Notes under the pieces: generated by a model
What the model was told of the DNA's origin: nothing
Databases searched by the model: none
What the model saw: the letters and a program-made list of their open reading frames with translations, nothing else
Position numbers and translations under genes: made by a program
In this document: positions 1 through 13,186 of the stretch, piece after piece
Numbering within the stretch: the stretch's first letter is position 1
Layout: every line of letters starts with the position of its first letter
Assembly (NCBI GenBank): GCA_002189035.1
Contig: NEEC01000009.1
Location: 3,038,001-3,102,000 of the forward strand
Origin: Utricularia gibba
Lineage: Eukaryota; Plantae; Magnoliophyta
Direction: 5' to 3'
Length of the DNA: 64,000 nt

Positions 1-1214
1 AAGGGATGAATGAAATACAATAAACACCAGGCGACTTTATGAATTGAATCAAATGGGGTGTCGAATTCTGACCAATGTAGGTTTTTGTGAGAGAATGACA
101 ACAATTATTGCTGATGTGAAGGTATAAAAATAGGCAGGGAGCAGAAATCATGAAGATGAAGATGACCCCCGCCATTCCAACCAACAAATTCACATTTTAT
201 ATGCAGCATTCTTCTTCTCTGCTTTCAATGCTTGACAAAAGTAGGTAGATATAAAATTTGACAAACTAAATACATGATTTTAGTTTTTCCATGATAACTT
301 TTGTTATGTACCAAAAATATACGCAAACATTGAATTAATCAGTAGGGGTTTGAATCGAATGTAAGGAGTTAAAATTATATGAATGAATAATGATCATTGT
401 TATTTACTCAAATGACATAATTGATATCTATAAATAATATTTAATCTCTATTATTTTAAAATTATTTTTAATTAATTTTCATTATTTTTTACATAAAATA
501 TTTTAAAAAAATCATAAAAATAATCTCGTGTAGCATAATTTGAATTATAAATAATTATTATTGTATTCATTAAAAAATATAATTTATAAATGATCAACTT
601 AAATATATATTAAGAATTAAGTTATTGAATTATTTAAATTATATAAATAAAATGGTTAACTAATTGAAATTTTGGAAAAAATTATATAAAACAAGTATGA
701 TTTAAATTTTATAGTCAGTAGTATATCTAATAATTTTATTTTTAAAAAATAAATAAATAAAGTATGATACAAAAAAAAAGGATTTTAGTTTCAAACCTGT
801 CACAGTACGATAAAAAACAGCTATAAGGGTAAATCAAATAGACAGTAACAAAATTTAGGGCTCAAAACAAGAAACAGAGAGGAGCGCGGGAAAGATTCTG
901 CTATCCGCTGAATTGTGATTGAAAAACTGTGAGTAGTCGTTAGTCTTCTAATAATGTACAATATCTGGTTATGGTGATTAGAAATTTGTGTTTGCGGTTT
1001 CTGAGTTGGATGTTTCGGTGCTTTCTGTTGTTTTTGCAGCTGTGAATCATTTTACAAAATGTTTTCGTGATTCTTGAACCGTTGTTTGACTTAATTTTCC
1101 ATTTTGTATGTGATATGGCGAATCAAGGCTGGAATTTTTTTTGTGGGTGATGTAATTACCTCAGCTCGTCTGTCATCAAATTTCCAATAACTTTTTCAGC
1201 AACGGGATAGGAGA

Positions 1215-4200
1215 ATGGTGGAAGAAACTGTTCAGAAGATTCAAGAAACGATTGACAAACTATTTAGTGATCCTCCAAGAATAGGGTATGTCATGTTTTT
1301 CTATAATCTTTGCATGCATTAAATTCATTTTTTCTTTATTCGGTCTTTTCATTTCTCGGCTATTTCGTGTCTTCATTTTGAGGGACAGGACGGGTGAAAC
1401 GCCATTGTTATTTGGCAGAAAGCGTTCTCATTCATCTCCTGTGTGGATGAATTTGCCCAGCAATGTGCTTCAAGGGTCATGTAGCACGTTACCTGGGTCA
1501 TCAAAAACTGCCCAAATTCCAGTCTGCAAGCCATGGGACCGACATGATTTTTTCGATAGGTTATCAGCATTCAAGTCAATCACTTGGTTCGCCAAGCCAC
1601 AGGTTTGTAGTTTTTCCCCTTTCAAAAATTTCTTTCATGGGTATGTGCTATTCTGGAATTATTTTCACTCAGGCCTGTGGTGAATGCTTCAGAGTTCAAA
1701 GATTTGCACTTCTGCTGCTATGATTTTTCCAGACGATTTTTTACTGGATGGTTTCATTATAATGATTTATTCAGTGATACACCTCGAGTTTTCTGTTTTG
1801 CTGGTAGACAATTTTATATTAATGATTCTAGATTTACCTAGAGACATCCCTTCATAGGAGTATGCATTTAGAAACTGTCAAATAGTCATGTTGGCGTATG
1901 TTTGAATTAAGAGTGCTTAAGTTAAGCTTCAAAAATTAGCTGTTTTAGGTGGTGAGCCCTTTGGAATGTGCCAGGAGAGGTTGGGTTAATACTGATGTGG
2001 ACACAATAGTTTGTTCCTGTTGTGGTGCTCGTCTTCTCTTTGCAACTCCATCATCATGGACCCAACAACAAGGCAAGTAATATATTTTTAGTTGAGCTCT
2101 ATTGATTTTTTATACATGGTTTTTTTGTTTGCGGTTGTGTGAGATTAGATTATATTAACTGTTCTTGTTAATTTGTCATCAGTTGAGAAAGCAGCAACAG
2201 CATTCAGCTTGAAGTTGGAGAATGGCCATAAAGTACTTTGCCCTTGGATCAATAATTCGTGTGCAGAAGAAATTGCTCATTTTCCAGACTTACTCGACAG
2301 TGTTTTGGTTGAGGATTACAAAAGACGCACTACCTCGCTGTCACAGATAATAGCCCTTCCAGCTATTGCACTTTCTAGCCTTGGTAACCTTAGCAACTCT
2401 CAGCTGATGCAATTTATTGGACCTCACTCAAGCAGTATGTCGCCGAAAAGATGTTCCATGGATATAGGTCCATCTGAGTCGATTCCCCTGTTGTCCTACT
2501 TTCAGGTGTGTTAGCACACATTGAATTGCTAGATTTTCATCTCTGAAAAATTTTATTGTAAAATTAACGTGCTGTGTATGGAATTTTGTACCTGTAAGAC
2601 GGATGAAATACATGATTCGCTTTTGATATGTGTGTACTTTTCAAAGCAGTCATTTTTTCATGCCACTTCATAGTTTCCCTGTGCCTTGGGAGCACACTCA
2701 TGCCATTTCATGCATTTTATGTTTGCCTGATATCTTCTCTTGGTTTTTTGCCTTAATATATGTTTTTTTCATAAATTGAACCTGCACTGTGTACTTTACG
2801 TTTCCCATCATTGGCTGGTTTTTCTTGTATGACTGTAGTTGTTTTCTTGAAAGTAATTACTAAGGCATGCAGGCAAAACAGCTCATTGGTTTGTTCGGCT
2901 GGGAGCCTTATCTGTTACCCCAGGAAGTTTGCTCGAACCATGGACAACACTCACTAGAAGATGCTGCTGTACTAATAAGTGCAGCAAAGAATCAGAGAAT
3001 TAAGGTATATTCTCTCTGTAATAGTGATGGTACTAGGTACTTTGGGGGACAGCAATTCGATCCTAGTTCTGTTATCCTGCATTGCAAATTGTGTGGGATC
3101 ACTGTTGGGTTATGGGCGTTCTGTAATATCTCACCACCTCTGGAGTATGTAAGATTTGTTGGGCCCGAAGAGATTTATAGTAGAAGTATCTCTGACCGCG
3201 GTCTGAACGTGCAAGACGGTTCTTCAAGTTGTGACACCCAGAAAAATGTTGCTGCTACTGTTGGAACACAATTAGATTTCACAATCGCTGGTGGTCCACC
3301 TCCTGCGTTACTGGATTATGCTCCAACAATATCTTTGCCAATCGTTGGAAAGAATTTGAGATCACGAATTGCAGTTGAGACTTCTGACAAGGATGCTTCG
3401 TTATCTCCAATGTCATCATATGTGGACGAATCTCATCAGTTATCAAGGAAGAGCGAAAATGCCCATGCTCAAGGAGCTTCCATGGAGAACGCACCTGGAG
3501 AGAGCTTTGCTGTTGCAGGGAGCATCCCAGTTACAGACATGGAAGATTCGTTGCGAGCAGAGTCTAGTACCCGAGATGGAGAGACTGGGGAGAGGGAATC
3601 TAAGAGTGAAGATGTGAATAAGGCTGAAATTTATGGTAATATTATTGTCTAAAAAATACAGCATGCGTTCTTGGTTCAAAACATTAGCTTCATTCAGCCT
3701 TGGCTTCAAGCAATCATCAGCATCATTCTGTTCTGTGTCTCGTCATTGCAGGCAACTCTATAAGAGAGTCATTCAATGGAAAACGTCTGGAATTCGATCC
3801 CATCAAGCAGCATAGGTCCTTTTGCCCCTGGATTTTGTCAACAAGCAAATTTACTGCCGGATGGCAACAAACATTATCTGCTCTAGAAGAGAACAAGGAA
3901 CACAACAGACTGACTGATTTATCCATGCTGGAGGTACAGTTAACAGTGATTATAAATAGTTAGTTTCAGAACATCAAAAATCATGTTGATGCTTGTGTTA
4001 GTTGGTTTGGTCCAGTTTATGATGCATCTTTTTTTGTTTTTGTTAAGTTGCATTTAGTTAGAGCAATAGCATTTGCCAAATGATCCGCCTAACCCTGTGA
4101 TTAAATGCCCTTTGCTGAATTTGTCAATATATCTAATTGCGGGCACGATACCCGGTGCAGCAGTCCTCTCCTCTGCAAGTTTTTCTGATCATCTTTACCG

Positions 4201-4282
4201 TATGCAGGTTTATAACCCTCTTGCGTTGGCCACAAGATTGTTTGCAACTCAAGGTAAGAAGAAAAGCAAGGTGAACGATTGA
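1215..4282 (+). CDS. C3HC zinc finger / NIPA-like (zf-C3HC + Rsm1-like) protein, 7 exons
   Basis: Exons 1215-1285, 1389-1602, 1949-2072, 2183-2505, 2873-3635, 3752-3933, 4208-4282 splice in frame; motifs CKPWDRHDFFDRL, FAKPQVVSPLECARRGW, CSCCG, GHKVLCPW and C-terminal FDPIKQHRSFCPW are typical of the family. The first acceptor position is the least certain. Confidence 0.88.
2073..2182 (+). other. GC-AG intron (intron 3 of C3HC gene)
   Basis: CAACAAG|GCAAGT donor and CATCAG acceptor give in-frame WTQQQVEKAA; the nearby GT at 2077 would shift the frame. Confidence 0.85.
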
Positions 4283-5645
4283 GGCAAAAGTTTTTTATTG
4301 CACTGCTGCATTTCTTCTTTTGACAAGCATTGGCTTCATGATTTCTTTATGTTCATAATCTACTGGTGGAAAGAACAGGCTGAGATCCCATTTGAAATGC
4401 ACTTTATAGTCACCTAATCAACACTTGTGGAATCTCTGTTTTATTTTGGTATGATCAAGTACTACTAGCACCTCTTTGAAGTGAACATTGGATCTTATCC
4501 CGAGCAAGGTCCCCCTAAACTCAATGACAATGTTTGGTAGATAATTTTAGATTAATTTTGAAGGATATTTTATTTAATATGAGTCATTTGATGGTAAATT
4601 TTTAAATTAAATTAAGTTTCATGCATGTATTTATTGAAAGTGATGTGTTTTATAATAAATTTTCTATACGTGTTCATTTAATATGTTATCATAAATTGAT
4701 CAAATAACATACATAATAACCTTCCTTCAATTGGTTTAAATTGAAAATCAAATTTAATTTCTTTTTAAAACATGGGTTAGGACAAAATTGTCATAAAAAA
4801 TAAAATAAACAACCAAAAGTAAGAGAGTGAATCAGCCTAACTGGTCCGATCCACACATCACATACGTGATATCTCTGACCACAAAAAAAAAAAAAAAAAG
4901 AAAAGAAGAAGCGGATACCGGTGTTGGGGATGACGTGCGGCATGACAAAAAAAAAGTGTACGTGGATAAGTTAGTTAATGGCTGGCGATGAATTTAGTGA
5001 AAGTCTCATTCATCTCTTTGCTACTTGCACCGCACCACACCACACCACATCACACCCTGTCCAAATTCATCCCTCGTTCTTTTACCACACACCACACGAA
5101 TTCTGGAGTAATCTTTGGGGGTATGATTGTAAATAGCAATTGCTTTGGGGCAAAACGGAAAGTTGACCCAAATTATGGTACTACGGGGTGTCCAAAAACA
5201 GGCATACATGGCATGGACGGTACCGATCACCAAACCCCTCCTCGACGAAAAGAGAGCATTTTTTTCAAGTTTAAGGCATCGCCTGAGTACATTTTTCACG
5301 TTGTCGGATTATGAACGAAGTAGAAAATATACGCAAAATAAGGAATCATTCTAATCTTGTTTTAAAAAAAAATTTGTTTTTTTTTTTTTGAAAAGAGAAG
5401 ATATGGTACTTATACTTTGGATACCAACCAAAAGGCAGGCAATCCATAGCAAAAAAGAGAAGTCCACGTGGGCAAAACCGTCATTTCCTTGTGGATCCGC
5501 GCCTACATATGCCCACGGTTTTTCCGGTTAACCAACCTTGTTGCGAAGTCCTCTTTCCTAACGCCGGCTCCTAGCCGCTGATAACACTACGCTCGAGGGT
5601 CAGAAATTCAGTCTGAAGTTGGATCTGGGAGAAGCTGCAGTTCGC

Positions 5646-5735
5646 ATGATGGGAGTGTGTGTGTGGCGGTTGGACTCTCCGGCGAGGCTGCTCTGGTGCT
5701 CCACCTTCTTCCGCCATCGGCTCATGCTCTTCTAA
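5646..5735 (+). CDS. Conserved peptide uORF (CPuORF33 type) in ATHB1 leader, 29 aa
   Basis: Translates MMGVCVWRLDSPARLLWCSTFFRHRLMLF*, closely matching the recalled Arabidopsis AtHB1 CPuORF33 peptide (MMGFCICPLESPARLLWSTSFFRHKIMIF); ends 63 nt before the main ATG. Confidence 0.9.
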   Translation: MMGVCVWRLDSPARLLWCSTFFRHRLMLF

Positions 5736-5798
5736 GCGATCTATTTTTTTTCCGGGTTAAAGTTACAAGCTCCCTCTGTTCTCTGTCTTTCGTTCGAG

Positions 5799-6761
5799 AT
5801 GGAATCATGGCGCATGCCTTTTGGCACTTCATCCTCCTTCATGGGGAATGGAGACTTGCTGTTCCTCGGTAACTTTTTGTGTTCGTGTGTTGCTATGTGA
5901 AGGGGCAACTGAATTTCTTCCGTGTCTTTTTGTCTGGGTTTCAGGGGCAGGATCGTTGATGGGCGTGGAGGAAACCAGGAAGAGAGGGCAATTTATGCTG
6001 CACGATGAAGACTACTTCGACGACCAGTCGCCGGAGAAAAAACGCCGCCTCACGCCGGAGCAGGTATCCGTTTTTCTTTTTTGTTTTTGATCATGTCGTT
6101 CAAGTTGAAAATGGGTAGTAAATATGGCTGTAGGTGCAACTTCTAGAGAAGAGCTTTGAGGAGGAGAATAAGCTGGAGCCGGATCGTAAGTCCGATCTTG
6201 CTAAGAAACTGGGCCTGCCGCCGCGACAGGTGGCGGTTTGGTTCCAGAACCGCCGTGCCCGGTGGAAGGCGAAGCAGCTTGAGAAAGACTTTCATCAGTT
6301 GAAATCGTCATACGGTTCCCTTGTCTCGATCTTCGAATCTGTTCTCCATGAAAACCTTGACCTCAAATCTCAGGTACACAATAATTTCATTTTTTTGTAT
6401 TATTTTTATATATTTAAATATTTTGATATATGTAAGATTTGTGTCCGCGTTGCAAGTGCAGCTCCTGTCCTTGCGGCAGATGTCGGAAGCAAAAGAAGCC
6501 GAGTCGGACGCGTTGAGAAAACAATCCGGGGAGTCGCTTCCCAAGGAGGCCACTCTGTCGGCTCACGTGACGGCGCGGGGTGGCGGCGCGGTGGCGGATG
6601 AAGACAGCCGTCAGCCCGGATCCTACATTCCGGACAACCATTTCCCAAGCTGCACTGCTGATGTTTACTGCCTGAATTCCGAGGAGGACGACGGTTACCG
6701 GAGCGACATCTCGACCGTGTTCGGCTCGGCGGAGGAGCTGGGGTCGTTGATCTGGTCCTAA
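5799..6761 (+). CDS. HAT5: HD-Zip class I transcription factor, ATHB1/HAT5-like, 4 exons
   Basis: Exons 5799-5868, 5945-6063, 6134-6373, 6462-6761; [29 protein letters not shown]...[10 protein letters not shown] homeodomain plus leucine zipper; N-terminus MES...LLFLG and the CPuORF identify the ATHB1 clade. Confidence 0.92.
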
Positions 6762-7572
6762 CCACTCAGTGATCGGCGATCGCATGCAGACGGCGATCCA
6801 GGGTTCACTGGTATGCACAGTTACAGAAAAGCCCCTACGGTATCCAGCTTTTCTGGTATGTGGATGGAGGGCGAAATTGTACTTTCGCGTCTTACAAGCT
6901 TTGCATATACAGAATACAACCTACTTTAAACTAGTATGTGGATGAATCATGAAGCCTTTTGTGTGTGTGTGTTTTTTTTTCTTGATAATTTCAATTATCA
7001 ATTTGAGTGTGACCTCCACATCCATGATGGTACGTAATATTTGAATTTTGAAAAAAATTTGGATTTGATCCGAAAATTGAAATTTCAAAAGTAATTAATC
7101 AAATTTTAAAAAACCAAAATCATAAATTTAAAAAGGTTGATAACAACATGGATTGTGGGTTAGATACTCATTCTAAACACAATGGAAATCTAAAAGATAA
7201 ATATTTAGATGAAAATTCAATTAATTAAGTTTCTGTTTAGAACAATTTTTATATATTTTTAAATTTTATTATTAAATATAAGCTATTTAATTTTAAAAAA
7301 CGTAATTTTTATTTACTAGAATGAATATTTGAATTATTTATAATGAATTAATAAGACGCAATTGCAGCTCATGCTTGAAACTTTGGGCCTAGTGGAAAAC
7401 AATATCTCCAGTAGCAGCCCATTTGTACACCCAAAAGAATCAAGCCCTTTTATTTGCGATACTTGTTCCTCCGCCTCGCCGCCCCTACGGCTGCCGTCTC
7501 TTTCTTGTCTGGGAACGACTTCAAAACCCAGCGCACAAAAATCTGAGGCTTTGGACTGCGGCGGCGAAGGTG

Positions 7573-10500
7573 ATGGCGGCGGATTCTTCGGTTGGAGGGG
7601 ATGGTGACGACGGTCGTAAAGAAGGTGATAACGATGACCAGACGTTAAACGGAGCCAGCCAAAGTGGTAGTGACAACTCCTATAATGTGGTTGAGGAGAG
7701 CGATTCATCTGAAGATGAGGTCAGCCGTTCTTCTTCCTGTATTTTCCACTGAATGTCATCAGTTTAGCCAAGTCTTCTTCGTATGAATTAGCTTACTGTT
7801 GTGTGGATACGCTGGAATTCCTTCTTATCAGGTTGCGCCTCGTAATACAATTGGAAATGTTCCTCTGGAATGGTACAAGGATGAGGAACATATTGGATAC
7901 GATGTAGCTGGGAAGAAGATTAAGAAAAAGGAAAGGCAGAATAAGCTGGACTCTTTTTTAGCAAGTGTTGATGACTCCAAGAATTGGTGAGTTTTCTTAT
8001 TTGAATTTCAGATGTTTGAATTCCGTACGTACCGTGTTGGTGTATGTCAGGATCTCAGTTACGCCGATTACGATGTTTCATTATTTTGTTTATGCCATCA
8101 CTCAGGCGTAAAATATATGATGAGTATAATGACGAGGAAGTGGAATTAACTAAAGAAGAGGTCAAGCTTATACGTAGGCTGGTTAAAGGAAAGGCTCCTC
8201 ATGCTGATTTCGATCCATATGCGGTGCATGATTTAACCTTTCTTTTGTTTACCTTCTGGGTTTCTATTGTTTTTTTATGCTAATAAGTCTTTTGAACTAC
8301 ATTTTCAGCCTTATGTTGACTGGTTTAAATGGGATGGTGCAAAGCATCCTATATCTAATGCACCTGAACCTAAGCGCCGTTTCATTCCTTCAAAATGGGA
8401 GAGCAAGATGGTGAATTCCCTCTTCTAAATTTAATATTTCTTTTTTTCATCAATAAAAATGTCTGCTTCTAGTTTCTTTGGTTTGCTATTAATGTGCAAT
8501 ATTCTGCCTTGCTATAGTCTTCGCTATAATATGAATCCTTATAGGTGGCCGCTAATGTATCCTCTTGCATCCTCTTTATTATAAATATTTGTTTAATGTC
8601 TTCTCAGCTTAGTGGTGACTTTTAATGAATTAATTTTCTGATGTTACCTATTAGTGTTATTAGACCTTTTGTTAAGGTTTCAGTCTTATATATCATGCGT
8701 ATCTTCTATGCCATTCGAGTAGGGTCTTGTGGAATTACTGAAAATTGGCTTGGCCTTACATTTCTCTGGCTTATGCATGGATTCTATTACATGAGTGTGA
8801 AATCTATTCTTTATTTCAGATGAGGAAAAAATCTTATGGGATGTTATGTTGAGTTGGGCCTTTGAATCCAACCATTAATTCTACATAGTATTTTGAGTTT
8901 TCAGGTTCTTCGGTATGTTCGAGCTATTAGGAAAGGGATTAGGTTTGGTGACCTGGCCAAGGAAGAACCAAAATACTATTTACTGTGGGATGATTCTGAC
9001 CCTGTAGAAAGACAGGGGTTGGCATATATTCCTGCACCAAAATTGAAACCTCCAGGTGGTCACCTCTACCATAGCTGCATATGACTTGTTTTCCAGGATA
9101 TCATTAGATTGCCCATCCGAAATAGGAATCTTTGACATTTCTATGTTTTTAGCTATTCCTAACATATCTATTTCCATATCAGGTCACGAGGAATCTTTCA
9201 ATCCTTCTCTAGAGTACATTCCAACTCAAGAAGAGCTGAATTCATACCAGCTCATGAATGAGGAAGACCGGCCAAAATTTATTCCTAAGCAGTAATTCCT
9301 TGTCCACTTTCTGACGTTGATGTTTGCATCATTCTATCATCATGAGCTTTGATGACTCATTTTCTATTTAAATTTTAGGTATCTATCCTTACGAAGTGTT
9401 CCTGCATATGACAAGCTTGTCCAAGAAGAATTTGATCGTCATCTAGATCTTTATTTATGCCCCAGAACTCGCAAAAAACGTGTATGTGTAACGATGCCAT
9501 TTTTCATTTTCTTTATGAATTTATTTAGGAAAATAAAATCCAGAGCCAATTCCAATTACTGGTTGCACTACTATTCCAGCTTAATATTGATCCTGAGGCA
9601 TTGAAACCGAAGTTGCCTAGTTTGAAAGATCTCAAGCCTTATCCGAGTATTTGTTATCTGGAGTACAAAGGACACAAGGGTCCAGTCACAAGCATATCCA
9701 CGGAATCCACAGGGCAATGGCTTGCTTCAGGTATAACGTTGCAAATGTTTCTACTTTTGGCAGGTTCTTACTGTGTTTTATACTGTGAAGGATCAATGGA
9801 CTGCACTGTTCGTGTTTGGGAAGTTGAGACTGGAAGATGTCTTCGTGTATGGAATCTAGAGGAGCCGATTACTGAAGTCGCGTGGAATCCTCTTCCTCAG
9901 TGCCCTGTGCTGGCAGTAGCAGTGTAAGTAATATCCGGTACCGTGATTTTCATCTTGTTTAAGATGCTGGTATGTTTATTGGTTAAGCTTGTCTTTGTTT
10001 TCAGGGGACAAAGTGTACTTATTTTGAATTCCCGGTGTGGAAGTGAAGAACAACAAAAGGAGGTTGAAGAACTTCTGCGAATTGAACCACAAAATCCAAG
10101 TTCATCTGGTGTGTATGAGTGAGCCTTATAAATCAAGGAACTTTCATTTTTCTGAGGTCTATTTTTTATTGTTACAGATGCAGAAGCATCTACTGTGAGC
10201 TGGATTCGGGATGACACTCACCAGGGAATCAGGATGAAGCATTTTAAGGTTTTTTGTAGTTTAGATTATCCTCATATTTCTATCTGGTGCAGTCTTTTAG
10301 ATTCCTACGTTCTTCCTATTCTGCTTTTTTATGATTATAAGTTCGAGGGTTGTCTTTTTCTTGCAGACTGTTACTAAAGTGGAATGGCATCGTAAGGGAG
10401 ACTTCCTTTCGGCACTTTTGCCATTTGATATCCTTTATAGGGCTGTTGATTTAGCTTGATGATTTTGTAGTTTATGGTTGTTTTGAGTTTTATGCATCCG

Positions 10501-11981
10501 TCATGATAATGAAAGCATAAATGTTTTTAGCTCCATAGGTCTTCTTTCAAGCTTTGGTATGGTTCTAATAAGGTGCTGCTGTTTTTCTTAACTGCTGTTT
10601 ACGTGATTCAAAGTCAGTATTAATTCATCGGCTTTCCAAGAGGACTACCCAACGAATTCCATTTAAGTCAAAAGGAATTCCCGTTGCTGCAATTTTTCAT
10701 CCTACTCGCTCTATATTTTTCAAGGCAACAAAGAAGAGCGTTAGTGTCTATGATTTGTTAAAGCCAAGGCTAATTAAAAAGCTTGATGCTGGTGTTCGTG
10801 AGATCTCTTCTTTGGCAATTCACCCTGGTGGTACGTAATTTCAATCTTGTTACATGTTCTGCTTGATTTCTGTCATAGTGAACAAACTCCTGAAGGCATG
10901 TATGCTTACACTAATTTATCCTATGATCACTATCATTTTTTTTTCATATCAGGTGATAATGCTATTGTTGGTAGTAGAGACGGAAAATTGTGTTGGTTTG
11001 ACATGGATCTTTCATCACAGCCTTACAGAACGCTGAGGTATATCATAATTTCTAGGATTTCCTTTGTTCTTCTATTGATTTTATATTTAAGATTTACATT
11101 TCCCTCACTTTTCTCTTCTAATCATCCGTTTTCCATAACCAACTACTCCCCTCATAAGCCTGGGACCTACTTTCTTAGTGACATTGTAGCCGCATAGAAA
11201 GATAGTGTTTTTTGAGTTATATCCTAATGCTGCCGGCTTTAGTTATTCGTTTTTTTAAACTAGTCATTGTGATATAAACTTAGTCTTGTTGAATTTTTAT
11301 CATCATATAACTTAATCTGTAATAATTCTGGATCTGTGGAATGAAACGAAACATGTTCTAATCCGTCATTGGATTGCTCCATCCTAATGTGGAAAGGGTT
11401 ATTTATGCCCGTGAATTCTTAGTAATCCTAAAATCATTAGAGATTTGTAATATTGACAAATCCTTGAGTGGATATGAAACTCTTTGCTTGCTAAGAGTTC
11501 TGGATGTATTCACTTGTTGTGCATATTTGTGCTCTACCATGGATTGACTGCAGTATCCGTTTGCCCCACACGGTCCATACTTTCTTCTGTCAAACTGCCC
11601 AAGTTCATATATTCCATAACATTTGTGTTTACAGATGCCACTCAAAGGATATCAACCGGGTGGCCGTTCACCGTTCATACCCTCTGTTCGCCTCATGTTC
11701 TGATGACTGCACAGCCTACATTTTCCATGGAATGGTTTATTCTGATCTGAATCAGAACCCGCTGATAGTTCCTTTGATCGTGCTCCGAGGGCATTCAGAT
11801 GTGGATGGAAGAGGTAACTAATTCTCGTCAGGAGCATCTTCTACATCCTGATACTCGTTCCAAGATCTTTGATTTGGTCTGTGCTGATACTACAGGAGTT
11901 TTGGACTGTAAGTTCCATCCAAGACAGCCATGGCTGTTCACAGCAGGTGCTGATTCTGTGATCCGGCTCTACTGCCATTAG
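7573..11981 (+). CDS. BOP1: Ribosome biogenesis protein BOP1/ERB1 (WD40, PeBoW complex), multi-exon
   Basis: Acidic N-terminus, then [63 protein letters not shown]40 repeats, C-terminal [14 protein letters not shown]; the exons I joined by hand stay in frame. Confidence 0.95.
10428..10602 (+). other. U12-type (minor spliceosome) AT-AC intron in BOP1
   Basis: 5' site ATATCCTTT at 10428, branch-site TTTCTTAAC at 10584-10592, terminal AC at 10601-10602; removal gives in-frame [27 protein letters not shown]. Confidence 0.9.
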
Positions 11982-13186
11982 ATGCCCAGATGAACTGTAC
12001 ACATACTCCCAGCCTTGGACCAAACAAAATTCTTGAAAAATTGAGTAGCTTCATAACTGCCTCCATGGGCTGTACAAGTTTTGCAGCATCTTCCCTCCAC
12101 TTCAGGTCAGCTACAAGTTAGGGCTGTTTGTCGGGACTCCTAATTTTAAGGTTTGGTACAAATGTTGCAGTCTGATGATACTATGAGCCTCTTTCGTGCA
12201 CTCCAACTAGCAACTAAAAGTCACTTTATATTGAATGTAATAGTTTCTATAAAATTATTTCATATTCAACTTAGTTGACTTCTTTATCAACAAAAATATG
12301 TAGGAATAATTTAGTTTTTATCCAATAATTGATATATTGGAATTTCTGGTTTTCAATCATAAGTAATGACTACAGTTTTGATTATTTTAAGCATGGGATA
12401 CTTTGTCCTTGCCTATTGAATTACCATTCCATGCCCTTAATTACCCTTTTATATGGAATTATGCTCAAAAATTCTTGTTAGAAATGGGGAAGACCAAAGA
12501 CATATTTCTTTTTTTAATTTTTTTATTATTACAGTTATTTATTTTTATCTAGTTATTGTAATTTAAATATATGAAACCAGAATTAATCTCCTAAGTCGTC
12601 CCCTCTTGCGTGTCCGAATTGCCATAGGCTACCGCAATGAACCCTATGTGAAGTTGATGCTCGTGTTTATCCAGATGAAAAACCCCTTATTCTTGAATCA
12701 ATTTTAATTTATGTGTTTTTTGAAAATTAATTCTAATAAAAATAAAATTTTAGGATTCACAAGAGAAAAGAAACTTTTTCAAATTTTTATTTGTTTAGAA
12801 ACATAAATCATATTTTCAAAAAATATTTTAAAAAAAAGTAAAATTTTGTTCCATAGATACGTTTACCGTACAGAAAATCATGACTGGGGGAGGGTGAGAT
12901 TCTATTTGGGGTCCTATGCTTTTGTTCGTATTGCACAATATTTTTAAGTAGAGGAGGTTGGGGTCTCAGGATCGATGCCTGCAACAAATAATATTCAAGT
13001 AAAAAAGTCATCGTGTTTTGTAACAACTCTGGAGAAACTTGGTTTTATAAAAGTGTGTAGTTGGAAGACATCATTGGATCGATCTTCCTTCTTGCCCCGT
13101 CATTGGGGAAAGCAACCTGAGATTATTTGTGTCGAGTAGAGGAGGCCCAGATCGTTGATTTGATTGATCAGCAGGAAATTTGCGGA

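Noticed and set aside
4988-5354. Overlapping ORFs and MITE-like text upstream of ATHB1
   Set aside because: No protein motif, and no terminal inverted repeat pair or target-site duplication found; treated as promoter DNA with a short CACAC repeat.
6064-6133. ATHB1 intron 2 begins GTATCCGT, resembling a U12 GT-AG donor
   Set aside because: It lacks the required RTATCCTT and I see no CCTTAAC-type branch site; treated as an ordinary U2 intron.
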